A stretch of DNA of 64,000 nucleotides from a virus (taxonomy: Duplodnaviria; Caudoviricetes): IMG/VR virus record IMGVR_UViG_3300020460_000012; one strand, 5' to 3'. A program made the translations under genes and the position numbers. Position 1 is the first letter of the stretch; every line of letters starts with the position of its first letter. The notes below the pieces were generated by a model. The model made no database searches and had not been told where the DNA came from. It saw only the letters and a program-made list of their open reading frames with translations. Shown here one piece after another: positions 53,814 to 64,000 of this stretch.

Positions 53814-56279
53814 ATGGCTAGAGGCGAATATACAAGAACCCCCCATCAAAACAGGAAATTTAGAGATCCTGGACCATACGAAGCTGTGGTTGTAAATCAT
53901 TTAGATGTAAGATATATGGGCGGTCTTGAGGTTGAACTTATAAAGTATGCTGGATCTGGCGGTACTCCTGAAAAAGGCGGAGAACTTGTGCAAGTAAGGT
54001 ACCTAAGTCCATTTTATGGAATCACACCTGCATCTGGATTAACACCTAACGATGGTTATCAAAATACCCAAAAAAGTTATGGAATGTGGGCGGTACCTCC
54101 CGATATAGGCACCCGCGTACTTGTAATATTTGCAGAAGGAAATCCTAATCTAGGGTATTGGATTGGTTGTATACCTGACGATTACATGAACTTTATGGTT
54201 CCTGATGGCAGAGCTAGTACAGAACAAACCACGGCACTTACACCAGAAAATATTAAAGGTGCAAAATTACCAGTTGGAGAATATAATAAAGCATTTGAAG
54301 ATGGATCTTTAGTTGATCCTACTTTATTTGAGAAACCTTACAATAAAGACTTTACAGAAGTGTTAGAAACACAAGGGCTTTTATTCGATGAGTCAAGAGG
54401 TACTACAACTTCAAGTGCAAGAAGAGAAATGCCAAGTATGGTTTTTGGTATAAGCACTCCTGGACCACTCGATAAAAGAGACGGTTCTCCGCAGGTAACA
54501 ATAGGTCCAGCAGATGACAAAGTAAATGTACCCTATAATAGACTAGGCGGTTCAAGTTTAGTTATGGATGATGGTGATCCGTCATTTATTAGAAAAACAC
54601 ACCCTGAAGATGGTCCTCCTATCTATATGAATTTAATGAAAGAAGAAACCGGTGGCAAGTTTACTATACCTCAAAATGAATTGGTACGATTACGTACTAG
54701 GACAGGTCATCAAATTTTAATGCATAACTCAGAAGATTTAATTTATATTGGTAATGCTAGGGGAACTACTTGGATAGAAATGACAAGTGACGGAAAAATT
54801 GATATACATGCACAGGATAGTGTAAGCATAATGACAGATAATGATCTAAACATTACAGCGGAAAGAGATATCAATTTTGAAGCTGGTAGAAATATTAACA
54901 TGAAAGCTACTGCACGTTACAGTAAAGGAGAACCTATTGATACAAAAGGGCTAGAAAGCGGACGAATACATTTAGAGGCGCAACATAATCATAATTTACT
55001 TGTTGGTAAAGATTCTAAAATTACTGTAGTTGGAAATATGCATACTGGAGTAGGTGAAAACCAGTTTATATCTAGCGGAAAATACTTGCATGTAAACACA
55101 GGGCAAGACAATAGATTTACAGCAGGAGGATATACGCATTTACATTCAGGAAAAGAACATCGAGAAACTGCCACATTTATACATATGAACGGACCAGGAG
55201 CCGCAGTTGCTAATCAAGCAGATCTTGTAAAGCAATTAGAAACTGTACAGTTACCTTATATTTTTCCTGGCACATTAAACCCTGTTGCTTACGATAGTAT
55301 TTTAACTAGAGCTCCGCAACACGAACCTTGGCCACATCATGAAAATTTAGATCCAACTGCATTTAAAAAACCAGAAACTGATAGAGAACAACCAGGTGGC
55401 TTACCTACTTCTGAAAGAGTGCTTACTCCTGATACGTTTTTTAAAAATAAAGGTGGAAGAATATCAAGTGCATTTGTAAGTGGCTCAGGAGGTAATCTTG
55501 ATAGTGGATACCAATCAACTGCTGGCGGCACAGGTTCTGGAGTTGGTACTACACCAATTGATGATTATTCGAGTAATTTTGAATTTAGTGAAGAATTAGG
55601 CTCACTAAGTTCTAAGTATGAATCTAAAGGCAATCCTACAGCAATAGGTTTTGACAAAACAGGAGGTTGGAGTTACGGAACATATCAGCTTGCAACAAGA
55701 CCTGGAGCATTCAAAGGCTACATGCGTTATTTGAAGGCAAAACACAAACAAGTATATGAAGTATTACAAACAGCAGGCGGAAATTCTGCGGCTATGAATG
55801 GAATAGACACCTTTAGAGAAACTTGGCAATTAGCAATGTCTGAAAAAGATAAAGCAGAAACGCAACATGCTTATGCTGTTATACAATATTTTGTGCCAGC
55901 GGCAGATAAAGTGACCAATAGCACAGGTATTGACGTAAGGTTAAAGTCAAAAACTTTACAAGACGTACTATGGTCTACTTCTGTTCAACACGGTGCAGGA
56001 GGTTGTAATAAAATTTTCAAAAGAGCAATACAAAGATGCGGTACTAAGACTCCTACAGATGATGCACTGATAGTAGCAGTCTATAATGAAAGAGCCGCAG
56101 ATAATGGAAGAAAATATTTTGGAAGTAGTAATAATAATATTAGACAAAGTGTTGTAAAAAGATTTAATAATGAAAAATTAGATGCTTTAAAAAGTTTAGA
56201 ATTAGAATTAAAAGCCGCAACACAGGCACAACAAGGTAGTACCCCAGGTGCAGTCACACTGCCTGTGGGCCCGCAATAA
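53814..56279 (+). CDS. gp5: Central spike (gp5/VgrG-like) with a C-terminal lysozyme-like domain
   Basis: OB-fold (YLSPFYG..SYGMWAVPPDIGTRVLVIFAEG..YWIGC), RLRTRTGHQILMH, beta-helix repeats, then LSSKYES..GGWSYGTYQ. Confidence 0.8.
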   Translation: MARGEYTRTPHQNRKFRDPGPYEAVVVNHLDVRYMGGLEVELIKYAGSGGTPEKGGELVQVRYLSPFYGITPASGLTPNDGYQNTQKSYGMWAVPPDIGTRVLVIFAEGNPNLGYWIGCIPDDYMNFMVPDGRASTEQTTALTPENIKGAKLPVGEYNKAFEDGSLVDPTLFEKPYNKDFTEVLETQGLLFDESRGTTTSSARREMPSMVFGISTPGPLDKRDGSPQVTIGPADDKVNVPYNRLGGSSLVMDDGDPSFIRKTHPEDGPPIYMNLMKEETGGKFTIPQNELVRLRTRTGHQILMHNSEDLIYIGNARGTTWIEMTSDGKIDIHAQDSVSIMTDNDLNITAERDINFEAGRNINMKATARYSKGEPIDTKGLESGRIHLEAQHNHNLLVGKDSKITVVGNMHTGVGENQFISSGKYLHVNTGQDNRFTAGGYTHLHSGKEHRETATFIHMNGPGAAVANQADLVKQLETVQLPYIFPGTLNPVAYDSILTRAPQHEPWPHHENLDPTAFKKPETDREQPGGLPTSERVLTPDTFFKNKGGRISSAFVSGSGGNLDSGYQSTAGGTGSGVGTTPIDDYSSNFEFSEELGSLSSKYESKGNPTAIGFDKTGGWSYGTYQLATRPGAFKGYMRYLKAKHKQVYEVLQTAGGNSAAMNGIDTFRETWQLAMSEKDKAETQHAYAVIQYFVPAADKVTNSTGIDVRLKSKTLQDVLWSTSVQHGAGGCNKIFKRAIQRCGTKTPTDDALIVAVYNERAADNGRKYFGSSNNNIRQSVVKRFNNEKLDALKSLELELKAATQAQQGSTPGAVTLPVGPQ

Positions 56280-56294
56280 TAGGGTAAATACAGT

Positions 56295-56732
56295 ATGAGT
56301 GAATTAGAAAAAAATCTATTTAAGCGTGTTACTGTAACACAAAAGCAAAAGGATGCTGTAAATGGTCGTGCCTATAGAGGGTTTTCAACTGTTGATGGTA
56401 AAAAAGAAGGTTTTGCAAAATACGATTTTGATCTAATAAAACAAGATCTTATAAATCATTTTCATATTAGACAGGGTGAAAAGTTAAGTGATCCTAGTTT
56501 TGGCACTATTATATGGGATATGTTGTATGAACCTTTTACAACAGACGTACAAGAAGCTATTGTAGATGATGTAACAACTATTGTAAACTATGATCCAAGG
56601 TTAAGTGTTGATGAAATAGTAGTAGATACCTATGAAAAAGGTATTACTGTTGAATGTGTAGTAGTATTCCTACCTTATAACATTTCAGAGCAGTTACGAT
56701 TTACGTTTGATCAGGCCAATGGCTTGCTGTAA
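56295..56732 (+). CDS. gp25: Baseplate wedge subunit gp25-like
   Basis: DLIKQDLINHFHIRQGEKLSDPSFGTIIWDMLYEP..IVNYDPR; TAAATA at 56285-56290. Confidence 0.9.
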   Translation: MSELEKNLFKRVTVTQKQKDAVNGRAYRGFSTVDGKKEGFAKYDFDLIKQDLINHFHIRQGEKLSDPSFGTIIWDMLYEPFTTDVQEAIVDDVTTIVNYDPRLSVDEIVVDTYEKGITVECVVVFLPYNISEQLRFTFDQANGLL

Positions 56733-56788
56733 ATTATATACGCACTTATCTGTAACAGATAAATATCATAGTAAAAGAGGAAAAAGAC

Positions 56789-59700
56789 ATGTCGTCAACA
56801 GATAGACAGACAAGATTATTAGTATCTGAAGACTGGAAGAGAATTTATCAAGCATTTCGTAATGCAGATTTTCAGAGTTACGATTTTGACAATCTTCGTC
56901 GTACTATGATAAATTATCTTAGACAAAACTATCCTGAAGATTTCAATGATTACATAGAATCTTCAGAATATCTCGCATTGATTGAAATGATAGCTTTCCT
57001 CGGCCAAAATTTAAGTTTCAGAGTAGATTTAAATGCTAGAGAAAATTTCTTAGAAACGGCCGAAAGACGAGAAAGTATATTACGTTTAGCACGTATGCTT
57101 TCGTATAATCCGAGACGTAATCAAGCCGCTAATGGCTTACTTAAAGTTAATACAATTAAAACTACAGAATCTATTATTGATTCAAGCGGTATTAATCTTG
57201 CTAGTACAGTTATTAAATGGAATGATCAATCTAACACAAATTACTTTGAGCAATTTCTTAAAATATTAAATTCAGCATTGCCTGTTACAAATAACATAGG
57301 TAATCCTTTGAAAAGTGCAAGTATTGCAAATGTAATTACCCAACAATATAGATTTAATGCTACAAACACAACCTCTGCAGTTTTTCCTTTTACAAAAAGG
57401 GTTGAAGGAGTAAGCACTAGATATGAAGTGGTAAGTGCAGGTATATCAGGAGAGGATATTGTAGAAGAAGCTCCTATTCCGGGAAATAGTCCAGCATTTT
57501 TATTCCGTGACGACGGGCAAGGCGCAGGTAGTAGTAACACAGGGTTTTTTATGCACTTCAGACAAGGCAAATTAGATAGCTCTAACTTTAGCATTACATC
57601 ACCTGTACCAAATCAGTCAGTTGCTATAGATGTTACTGATATTAATGATACAGATATATGGTTGTACAATGTCGATTCTAATGGTTTTGAAACAGATTTT
57701 TGGACTAAAATTGAAGCAGTAGAAGGTAATAATATTATATACAACAATTTATTTGAAGGTATAAAAAATGTTTATGCTGTTAATACTCGTGTAGGCGATA
57801 GAGTAAATTTAGTATTTTCAGATGGAGTATTTGGTAATTTACCAACAGGTAATTTTAAAATATATTACAGGACAAGTGCTAATGCAGGTAGCGTAATTAC
57901 ACCAGGAGCAATAGGAAATGTAAATATTGATATTCCTTACCAAAATAAATCAGGTGGACTAGAAACACTTACTTTAGGTTTGCGTTTAAATTATACTATC
58001 ACAAATGGAAGTGCAACAGAATCTAATACTGAAATAAAAAATAATGCTCCAGCAACTTACTATACACAAAATAGGTTGATAACAGGAGAAGATTATAATA
58101 TCGGTCCCTTATCAGTAAGCCAAGAAATTATTAAAACAAAAAGTACTAATAGGATTAGTAGCGGAGTAAGCAGATATTTTGATTTAAAAGATAGTTCTGG
58201 AAAATACAGTAACACAAGTCTATTTGCAGACGATGGCGTTTTATACAAAGAAATATTTTTAGAAAAAACACAGTTTACTTTTACAACACAGAGTGATATT
58301 GAAGGAATCATTAATAATACAATAGAACCTATACTAGGTGCGGCTAATACTAAAAACTTTTATTTAGATCAATTTCCAAAAACTATTGTATCTGATTTAA
58401 ATGCAAAATGGAATCAGCAATCACTTGCAACTAATCAAGCTACAGGAAGATTCTTAGATAGTACAGATTCTCCTTATATGACAGGCACATTCACTGCAAA
58501 TAGTTTAAGGTATATAGAGCCAGGAGCATTATGTAGATTTACGGCACCAACAGGCTTTCATTTTATGAAAGATGGAACACTAATGACAGGTACAGCAGAC
58601 CATTTTGGATCTAGCACTTATAAATGGGCTAAAGTTATTTCAGTAGACGGCGACGGAACAACAATAGATACCGTAACTGATACTGGTCCTATAGTTTTTA
58701 ATGATAATATTCCTTCTAATGCTATTTTAGATAGAATTATTCCAAACTTTTCACGTGTCTTAGTAGATTCTATAAAAGTACAAATTATAGATCAAACTTT
58801 TGCTTATAAGGATTTTGGTTTAAGGTATGACTTAGAAGATAGACAGTGGAAACTTATAACAACAGAAAATTTAAATACAATATTAGACTTTTCTACAGGC
58901 AAAGCAGGAGATTCTACAGGGCAAAATTTAGACTCTAGTTGGTTTTTATATTTTAAAACTGACGGAGAAACTTATAATATCACTTATCGTAACTTAAAAT
59001 ATGTTATAGAAAGTGCAGACGAAATTAGATTTTATTTTGACGGTATAGACAAAGTTTATAATCCTGCTACAGGACAAGTAGTAAGAGATAAGATTGACAT
59101 TTTAAATATTAATACTAAACCTGCTAGTACAAGTCCTTTTACAAATGATTTTTCTTGGTCAGTTTCAGGAGCATATAGAGATCCAGATGGGTATGTTGAT
59201 TCACGTAAAATAGAAGTACAGTTTATAGATTTAGATGATGACGGCACTGTAGACAATCCTGAGATCTTTGATGAGATTGTATCTCCTGATACTGTTACTA
59301 CGCTACAAAAAACTATATTTCAAAAGAAATATACAACATCAGACGGTGTAGAAGATTTCAAATATTTTGATAATGCATCAAATGAGATTACTATTGTTGC
59401 AAATGAAGCGGCTATTGCTCCTTATAGTACTAGGACAGAAGGACAAATATTTTATTTGGATGATGAGAAAGTATTTAAAAAGTTACAAAAGTCCTTGAAC
59501 AATACAGTATTAAATTCAGATTACAAAGCATTTATTGGCAGAGGCGGTTTAAAGTTCCATTATGTTCATGTCGCAGACAGTAGCTATAGAATTGACCCAA
59601 GTGCAAGTAATCTAATTGATACTTATTTGCTAACAAAGACCTACGATAACAATATAAGAAAGTTTATCGCAGGAGAAGTTGCAACACTACCTATGCCACA

Positions 59701-60391
59701 AAGTAATGATGAATTGTATAGGAGTTATGGAGCTTCTTTAGAAAAAATAAAAAGTATAAGTGATGAAATTATTTACTATCCTGCAAAATATAAAATATTA
59801 TTTGGATCAAAAGCACCGGCGGATTTACAAGTGAAATTTAAAATTGTTAAAAATAGAGATGTTGTTACAAACGATAACGAATTAAAATCAAATTTGATAG
59901 AAGCTGTAAATAGATTCTTCGCAATAGAAAATTGGGATTTTGGAGAAACATTTTACTTCCAAGAACTTAGTGCATATATTATGACAGAACTATCACCTAA
60001 GTTAGCTTCTGTTTTGATTGTACCTAATCAAGGCACACAATCCTTTGGTAGCTTATTTGAAATAAAATCAGAACCAGATGAGATTTTTGTAAGTGCCGCT
60101 ACGGTTGCTGATGTTGAAACTATAACTGAAATTACTGCAAAGGAAATCCAAGCAAGTGGTACAGTTATCACAAGCTCGACTACAACTTCTACTACAACAG
60201 GAATAACAAGTTCAGCTTCTACATCTACTACAGCTAGCACAGGTGGAGGTTTAGTTACATCTAGTAGTTCAACAAGTTCAAGTAGTTCTAGCTCAAGTAG
60301 TTCTAGTTCAGGAGGCAACGGTTCAGGTAGCTCAGGAGGCAACGGTTCAGGTGGTTCAGGTTCAGGCGGCGGTGGAGGCTATAGCTATTAA
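56789..60391 (+). CDS. gp6: Baseplate wedge protein gp6-like (1200 aa)
   Basis: DFQSYDFDNLRRTMINYLR, AERRESILRLARMLSYNP, VFSDGVFGNLP, APATYYTQNRLITGEDY, NWDFGETFYF; TAAATA at 56760-56765. Confidence 0.85.
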   Translation: MSSTDRQTRLLVSEDWKRIYQAFRNADFQSYDFDNLRRTMINYLRQNYPEDFNDYIESSEYLALIEMIAFLGQNLSFRVDLNARENFLETAERRESILRLARMLSYNPRRNQAANGLLKVNTIKTTESIIDSSGINLASTVIKWNDQSNTNYFEQFLKILNSALPVTNNIGNPLKSASIANVITQQYRFNATNTTSAVFPFTKRVEGVSTRYEVVSAGISGEDIVEEAPIPGNSPAFLFRDDGQGAGSSNTGFFMHFRQGKLDSSNFSITSPVPNQSVAIDVTDINDTDIWLYNVDSNGFETDFWTKIEAVEGNNIIYNNLFEGIKNVYAVNTRVGDRVNLVFSDGVFGNLPTGNFKIYYRTSANAGSVITPGAIGNVNIDIPYQNKSGGLETLTLGLRLNYTITNGSATESNTEIKNNAPATYYTQNRLITGEDYNIGPLSVSQEIIKTKSTNRISSGVSRYFDLKDSSGKYSNTSLFADDGVLYKEIFLEKTQFTFTTQSDIEGIINNTIEPILGAANTKNFYLDQFPKTIVSDLNAKWNQQSLATNQATGRFLDSTDSPYMTGTFTANSLRYIEPGALCRFTAPTGFHFMKDGTLMTGTADHFGSSTYKWAKVISVDGDGTTIDTVTDTGPIVFNDNIPSNAILDRIIPNFSRVLVDSIKVQIIDQTFAYKDFGLRYDLEDRQWKLITTENLNTILDFSTGKAGDSTGQNLDSSWFLYFKTDGETYNITYRNLKYVIESADEIRFYFDGIDKVYNPATGQVVRDKIDILNINTKPASTSPFTNDFSWSVSGAYRDPDGYVDSRKIEVQFIDLDDDGTVDNPEIFDEIVSPDTVTTLQKTIFQKKYTTSDGVEDFKYFDNASNEITIVANEAAIAPYSTRTEGQIFYLDDEKVFKKLQKSLNNTVLNSDYKAFIGRGGLKFHYVHVADSSYRIDPSASNLIDTYLLTKTYDNNIRKFIAGEVATLPMPQSNDELYRSYGASLEKIKSISDEIIYYPAKYKILFGSKAPADLQVKFKIVKNRDVVTNDNELKSNLIEAVNRFFAIENWDFGETFYFQELSAYIMTELSPKLASVLIVPNQGTQSFGSLFEIKSEPDEIFVSAATVADVETITEITAKEIQASGTVITSSTTTSTTTGITSSASTSTTASTGGGLVTSSSSTSSSSSSSSSSSSGGNGSGSSGGNGSGGSGSGGGGGYSY

Positions 60392-63300
60392 TGTCATACG
60401 ATGATAATCAAAAGGATTTAACTCCTCCTATACCCGGCGAAAAAGTTAAGAATATAGGTATTAATTTTTTGCCGAAGTTTTTCCGTACGGAAGCAAATAA
60501 AAAGTTTTTACAAGGGACTATTGATCAGCTTGTACAGCCAGGAGTAGCAGAAAAAGTAAGTGGATATATTGGTAGGGAAACTGCAAAAGCATTTCAACCT
60601 ACTGACAACTATATTGGTGATGTTACTAATGATAGGAAGAACTACCAATTAGAACCTGCCGCTGTAATTAAAGATAATTTTGATAATGTTTTATTTTATA
60701 AAGATTATAATGACTATGTAAATCAATTAGGCGCATTTGGTTCGAATAACGACAATCATAGTAGACTTAATAATCAAGATTCTTACGGATGGAATCCTAA
60801 TATTGATTGGGATAAATTTGTAAACTTTAGAGAGTATTATTGGTTACCAAATGGTCCTACAAGTGTAGCTGTAAGAGGACAAAATAAAGAAGTTGTAAGT
60901 ACTTACACTGTAACAACTTCAGATCAAGGTGATAATATCTCATATGTTTTTAATGACGGTTTAACAGTAAATCCAACAATTAAATTATATAAAGGGCAAA
61001 CTTATAGATTTGAAATAGACACTCCTGGGCATCCAATAGCATTTGCTATTACAAGATCTTTTACTCCTGGAAGTGCAATACTTACAGCAGGATCAGAAGG
61101 AATTAGGGCCGATGGACAGTTTGATGCAAAATTGTACGGCAACAATTATGATCAAGGAGAATATGTTGTATTGCCTAGCAGTGGGTCTGTAACATTTGAA
61201 GCAGACGAAAATGTTAGTACTTTGTATCCTACAGGTATTACAAAATATGGAAAAGAAGGAGAAGTAATTTCTGTTGTATATGTAGAAGAAGGCACGATAG
61301 AATTTACTGTACCAGAAAATGCTCCTGATAGACTTTATTATGTAAGTCAAAATAGTGTTGATACAAGTGGTCTTATAAGAATATACGATATAGCGGAAAA
61401 TAGTGCAATAAATGTAGCTGATGAAATTTTAGGCAAAAAAACTTATTCAAGTGCAAATAATGTAAAATTATCAAATGGCATGAAACTTACGTTTCAAGGC
61501 GAAGTTACACCTGCAAAGTATGCTACAGGACAATGGTATGTTGAAGGTGTAGGATCACAAATAAAATTAATTAATAGTAAAGACTTAATTATTCCTGCGG
61601 CATATTCTACAAATAAGCTTGTTCCTTTTGATACTGATAAATTTGATGAATTACCGTTTGCTGATGCTAAAGCATTTGCCGCTACAAAAGATTATATCAC
61701 AGTAAATAGGGCAAGTCCAGATAGAAATGCATGGAGTAGGTATAATTGCTGGTATCATAAAGATGTAATTTTAGCTAGTGAATCATATAATAGCTTACCT
61801 ACAACACTCGACGAAAGCACTAGAGCTAAACGTCCTATTATTGAATATGAAGCAGGACTTAAATTAAACAACTTTGGTGTGTCAGCAAAGAATGATGTTG
61901 ATTTAGTAGATGTCTTTACCAAAGACGTTTTTAGTACTATAGAAGGATCAACTGGTTACAATGTTGATGGTGTAGATTTGTCTGATGGCATGCGTGTATT
62001 GTTTACAGCAGATACAGATATTTTAGTGTCTGGAAGAATATATGAAGTTAAATTTGTTACTATTAATAATGTAAGACAGATAAACCTTAAAACAGTAAGT
62101 GACACAGATCCTATTGACTTAGAAACAGTGCTTGTTACACAAGGTTCTAAGTATGCAGGTACAAGCTTTCATTACAACGGAACATTGTGGGTTCAATCTC
62201 AGCAAAAAACTATTACTAACCAGCATCCATTATTTGAGGTATTTGATGCTAACACAAATAGTTTTAGTGATACAACTTATTATGGTTCTACAACATTTAC
62301 AGGAACCAAAATATTTTCATACAAGCAAGGAATTGGCACTAACGATACAGAGTTAGGCTTTCCGTTATCTTACAAGTCAATTAATAATTCTGGTGATATT
62401 GTTTTTAACTTTAATTTGTTAAACGATACATTTACATATCAAACTGATACAGATTTATTTACGCAAGCAATTTCTACAGGATACTTAAAAAAATACAAAA
62501 GCCTTACAGAATTTGATTACGTAAATGGGTTTAGCAGTATTGCAACTAGCACAAGACAAATGGTGCTAAAACAATACACATCTACAGATATTAAAAATAA
62601 TAATTTCGAAATTGATGCATATAAAAAAGCAGGCGATCTTAATGATCTAATTGTACATGTATATTTGGACAATAAATTAAAGATAATAAATCAAGATTAT
62701 GAGATTGACAGAGCTAATGGGTTTGCACATGTACGTTTTTATAATGATTTAAAATCCGGACAAGTCATAAAAATTAAAACACATAGCTCATCAGCAAAAG
62801 TTAATGGTCATTATGAATTTCCACACAACTTAGAAAGAAATCCTCTCAATGAGGATATTACAGAATTTACCCTTGGCGAAGTAATTGATCATGTTGATAC
62901 CATGATTGAAGATATACAAGGATTTAGCGGAGAATATCCTGGAAGAAGTAATTTACGAGATGTAGGAGAAACTGATCAATTTGGTAAAAGATTTGTAAAG
63001 CATAGTGGTCCTATTAACATACCTCTTTATCATATAACAAATAAAGAGTTTAACATTGTAAAAGCTTTGAGGTATTCAAAAAATGAATATAGTAGATTCA
63101 AAAGAAAGTTTTTAGAAACTGCAAATAGTTTAGGATATGACGGTCCTATAAAACAGCATGTTGATAAAATTTTAAATGAAATAAACAAAGAAAAAATAAA
63201 ATCAGAACCTTTTTACTTTTCGGATATGTTAGGATACGGTGATGCTAATGTAATTAAGTATACAGTTGTAGATGCAAGAACAACAACATACCCAATTACT

Positions 63301-64000
63301 TCACCTTTTAATTTAACCGATTTAAGTGCAAAAAGTATTAACATATATCTAAATGGAATACAATTAGAGTATGGATTAGATTATACATTTAATTCAGACG
63401 GTTATGCTGTTATCACAGCTAGTAAAGTTGAAGATGATATAATTGAAATTTATGAGTATGAATCAACTGATGGCAGTTTTATAGCACCTACTCCTAGTAA
63501 ATTAGGATTGTATCCTAAGTACTATCCAGAATTAACAATAGATGATTCATATATTCAGTCATCTACAACTAACACTGGTCCTTTTAAAGTTTACGGCAGA
63601 GAAGAACAAACTACAAAAACACATAAAGGAAAAGTAGGTTGGTTTTATCCTTTGTATACTTCTGAAGAAGCCGCTATAGCCGCAGATTCAGATTCAAGTG
63701 CAGATACAGGTTCTGCACACAAACATGTGTTTGAAGGATTATCACAAATTTTCTATATGCCTTCTACAGAAGTAAATCATGCTGTACAAGATTCCGATTT
63801 GTACGATGAATATCCTGTAGGTGTTGCAATGATACGCGGTCATGACGGAAGTTATATAAAAGCGTACAAAGATTTTAGAGATGAATTAATACTAGAATTA
63901 GAAAGACGTATTTTTAATAACATAAAAGTTGATTATTCTAAAGCTTTACTTGATATACAGGACTTTATTGGCGGCGAATATAGAACATCTGAATTTTCTA
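60391..64000 (+). CDS. Giant baseplate wedge / structural protein (gp7-like position), partial (runs off the right edge, >1200 aa)
   Basis: Not in the ORF track. TAATG-coupled ATG at 60391 (MSYDDNQKDLTPP..FLPKFFRTEANKKFL). In frame at every point checked to the window end (..DFIGGEYRTSEFS); contains DWDKFVNFREYYW and YITVNRASPDRNAWSRYN. Confidence 0.8.
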   Translation, partial: MSYDDNQKDLTPPIPGEKVKNIGINFLPKFFRTEANKKFLQGTIDQLVQPGVAEKVSGYIGRETAKAFQPTDNYIGDVTNDRKNYQLEPAAVIKDNFDNVLFYKDYNDYVNQLGAFGSNNDNHSRLNNQDSYGWNPNIDWDKFVNFREYYWLPNGPTSVAVRGQNKEVVSTYTVTTSDQGDNISYVFNDGLTVNPTIKLYKGQTYRFEIDTPGHPIAFAITRSFTPGSAILTAGSEGIRADGQFDAKLYGNNYDQGEYVVLPSSGSVTFEADENVSTLYPTGITKYGKEGEVISVVYVEEGTIEFTVPENAPDRLYYVSQNSVDTSGLIRIYDIAENSAINVADEILGKKTYSSANNVKLSNGMKLTFQGEVTPAKYATGQWYVEGVGSQIKLINSKDLIIPAAYSTNKLVPFDTDKFDELPFADAKAFAATKDYITVNRASPDRNAWSRYNCWYHKDVILASESYNSLPTTLDESTRAKRPIIEYEAGLKLNNFGVSAKNDVDLVDVFTKDVFSTIEGSTGYNVDGVDLSDGMRVLFTADTDILVSGRIYEVKFVTINNVRQINLKTVSDTDPIDLETVLVTQGSKYAGTSFHYNGTLWVQSQQKTITNQHPLFEVFDANTNSFSDTTYYGSTTFTGTKIFSYKQGIGTNDTELGFPLSYKSINNSGDIVFNFNLLNDTFTYQTDTDLFTQAISTGYLKKYKSLTEFDYVNGFSSIATSTRQMVLKQYTSTDIKNNNFEIDAYKKAGDLNDLIVHVYLDNKLKIINQDYEIDRANGFAHVRFYNDLKSGQVIKIKTHSSSAKVNGHYEFPHNLERNPLNEDITEFTLGEVIDHVDTMIEDIQGFSGEYPGRSNLRDVGETDQFGKRFVKHSGPINIPLYHITNKEFNIVKALRYSKNEYSRFKRKFLETANSLGYDGPIKQHVDKILNEINKEKIKSEPFYFSDMLGYGDANVIKYTVVDARTTTYPITSPFNLTDLSAKSINIYLNGIQLEYGLDYTFNSDGYAVITASKVEDDIIEIYEYESTDGSFIAPTPSKLGLYPKYYPELTIDDSYIQSSTTNTGPFKVYGREEQTTKTHKGKVGWFYPLYTSEEAAIAADSDSSADTGSAHKHVFEGLSQIFYMPSTEVNHAVQDSDLYDEYPVGVAMIRGHDGSYIKAYKDFRDELILELERRIFNNIKVDYSKALLDIQDFIGGEYRTSEFS

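Noticed and set aside
60028-62356. Minus-strand ORFs 60028..60342, 61093..61350 and 62132..62356
   Set aside because: Shadows inside gp6 and the unlisted giant ORF starting at 60391.
1-64000. Stop-codon reassignment as seen in some jumbo phages
   Set aside because: Core genes are full length in the standard code and end at TAA, TAG or TGA with tight packing.

Overview
This AT-rich 64 kb window is the virion-structural region of a large, probably uncultured, T4-like (myovirus, likely jumbo) phage. Bases 1-39619 are a minus-strand block. It holds several giant tail fibre/spike genes, a cassette of three Cys/Gly-rich paralogues with two tail-chaperone-like partners, and a late-promoter-driven GT9 glycosyltransferase / SGNH-like / carbamoyltransferase operon. 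The head module follows (gp23, gp22, gp21, acidic scaffold, Maf-like transferase, gp20 portal), then a tape-measure-like gene. Next come a gp26-like/gp51-like pair joined by a candidate -1 frameshift, two putative internal proteins, a compact GIY-YIG nuclease, gp46/gp47 and the late sigma gp55. A plus-strand baseplate block closes the window (gp48-like, gp53, hub, gp5/VgrG-like spike, gp25, gp6, giant wedge protein). The two edge ORFs (<1..3565 minus, 60391..>64000 plus) are missing from the supplied ORF track and were read by hand. The most unusual signals are: (i) four structured non-coding elements, including a stand-alone ~230-250 nt RNA with its own promoter and terminator and a ~330 nt structured region directly behind the GIY-YIG gene; (ii) the Cys-rich fibre cassette coupled to glycan-decorating enzymes, suggesting virion modification; (iii) a lambda G/GT-like slippery site in a T4-like hub chaperone pair. 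All family calls are from motif recognition by eye; no database searches or folding programs were run.
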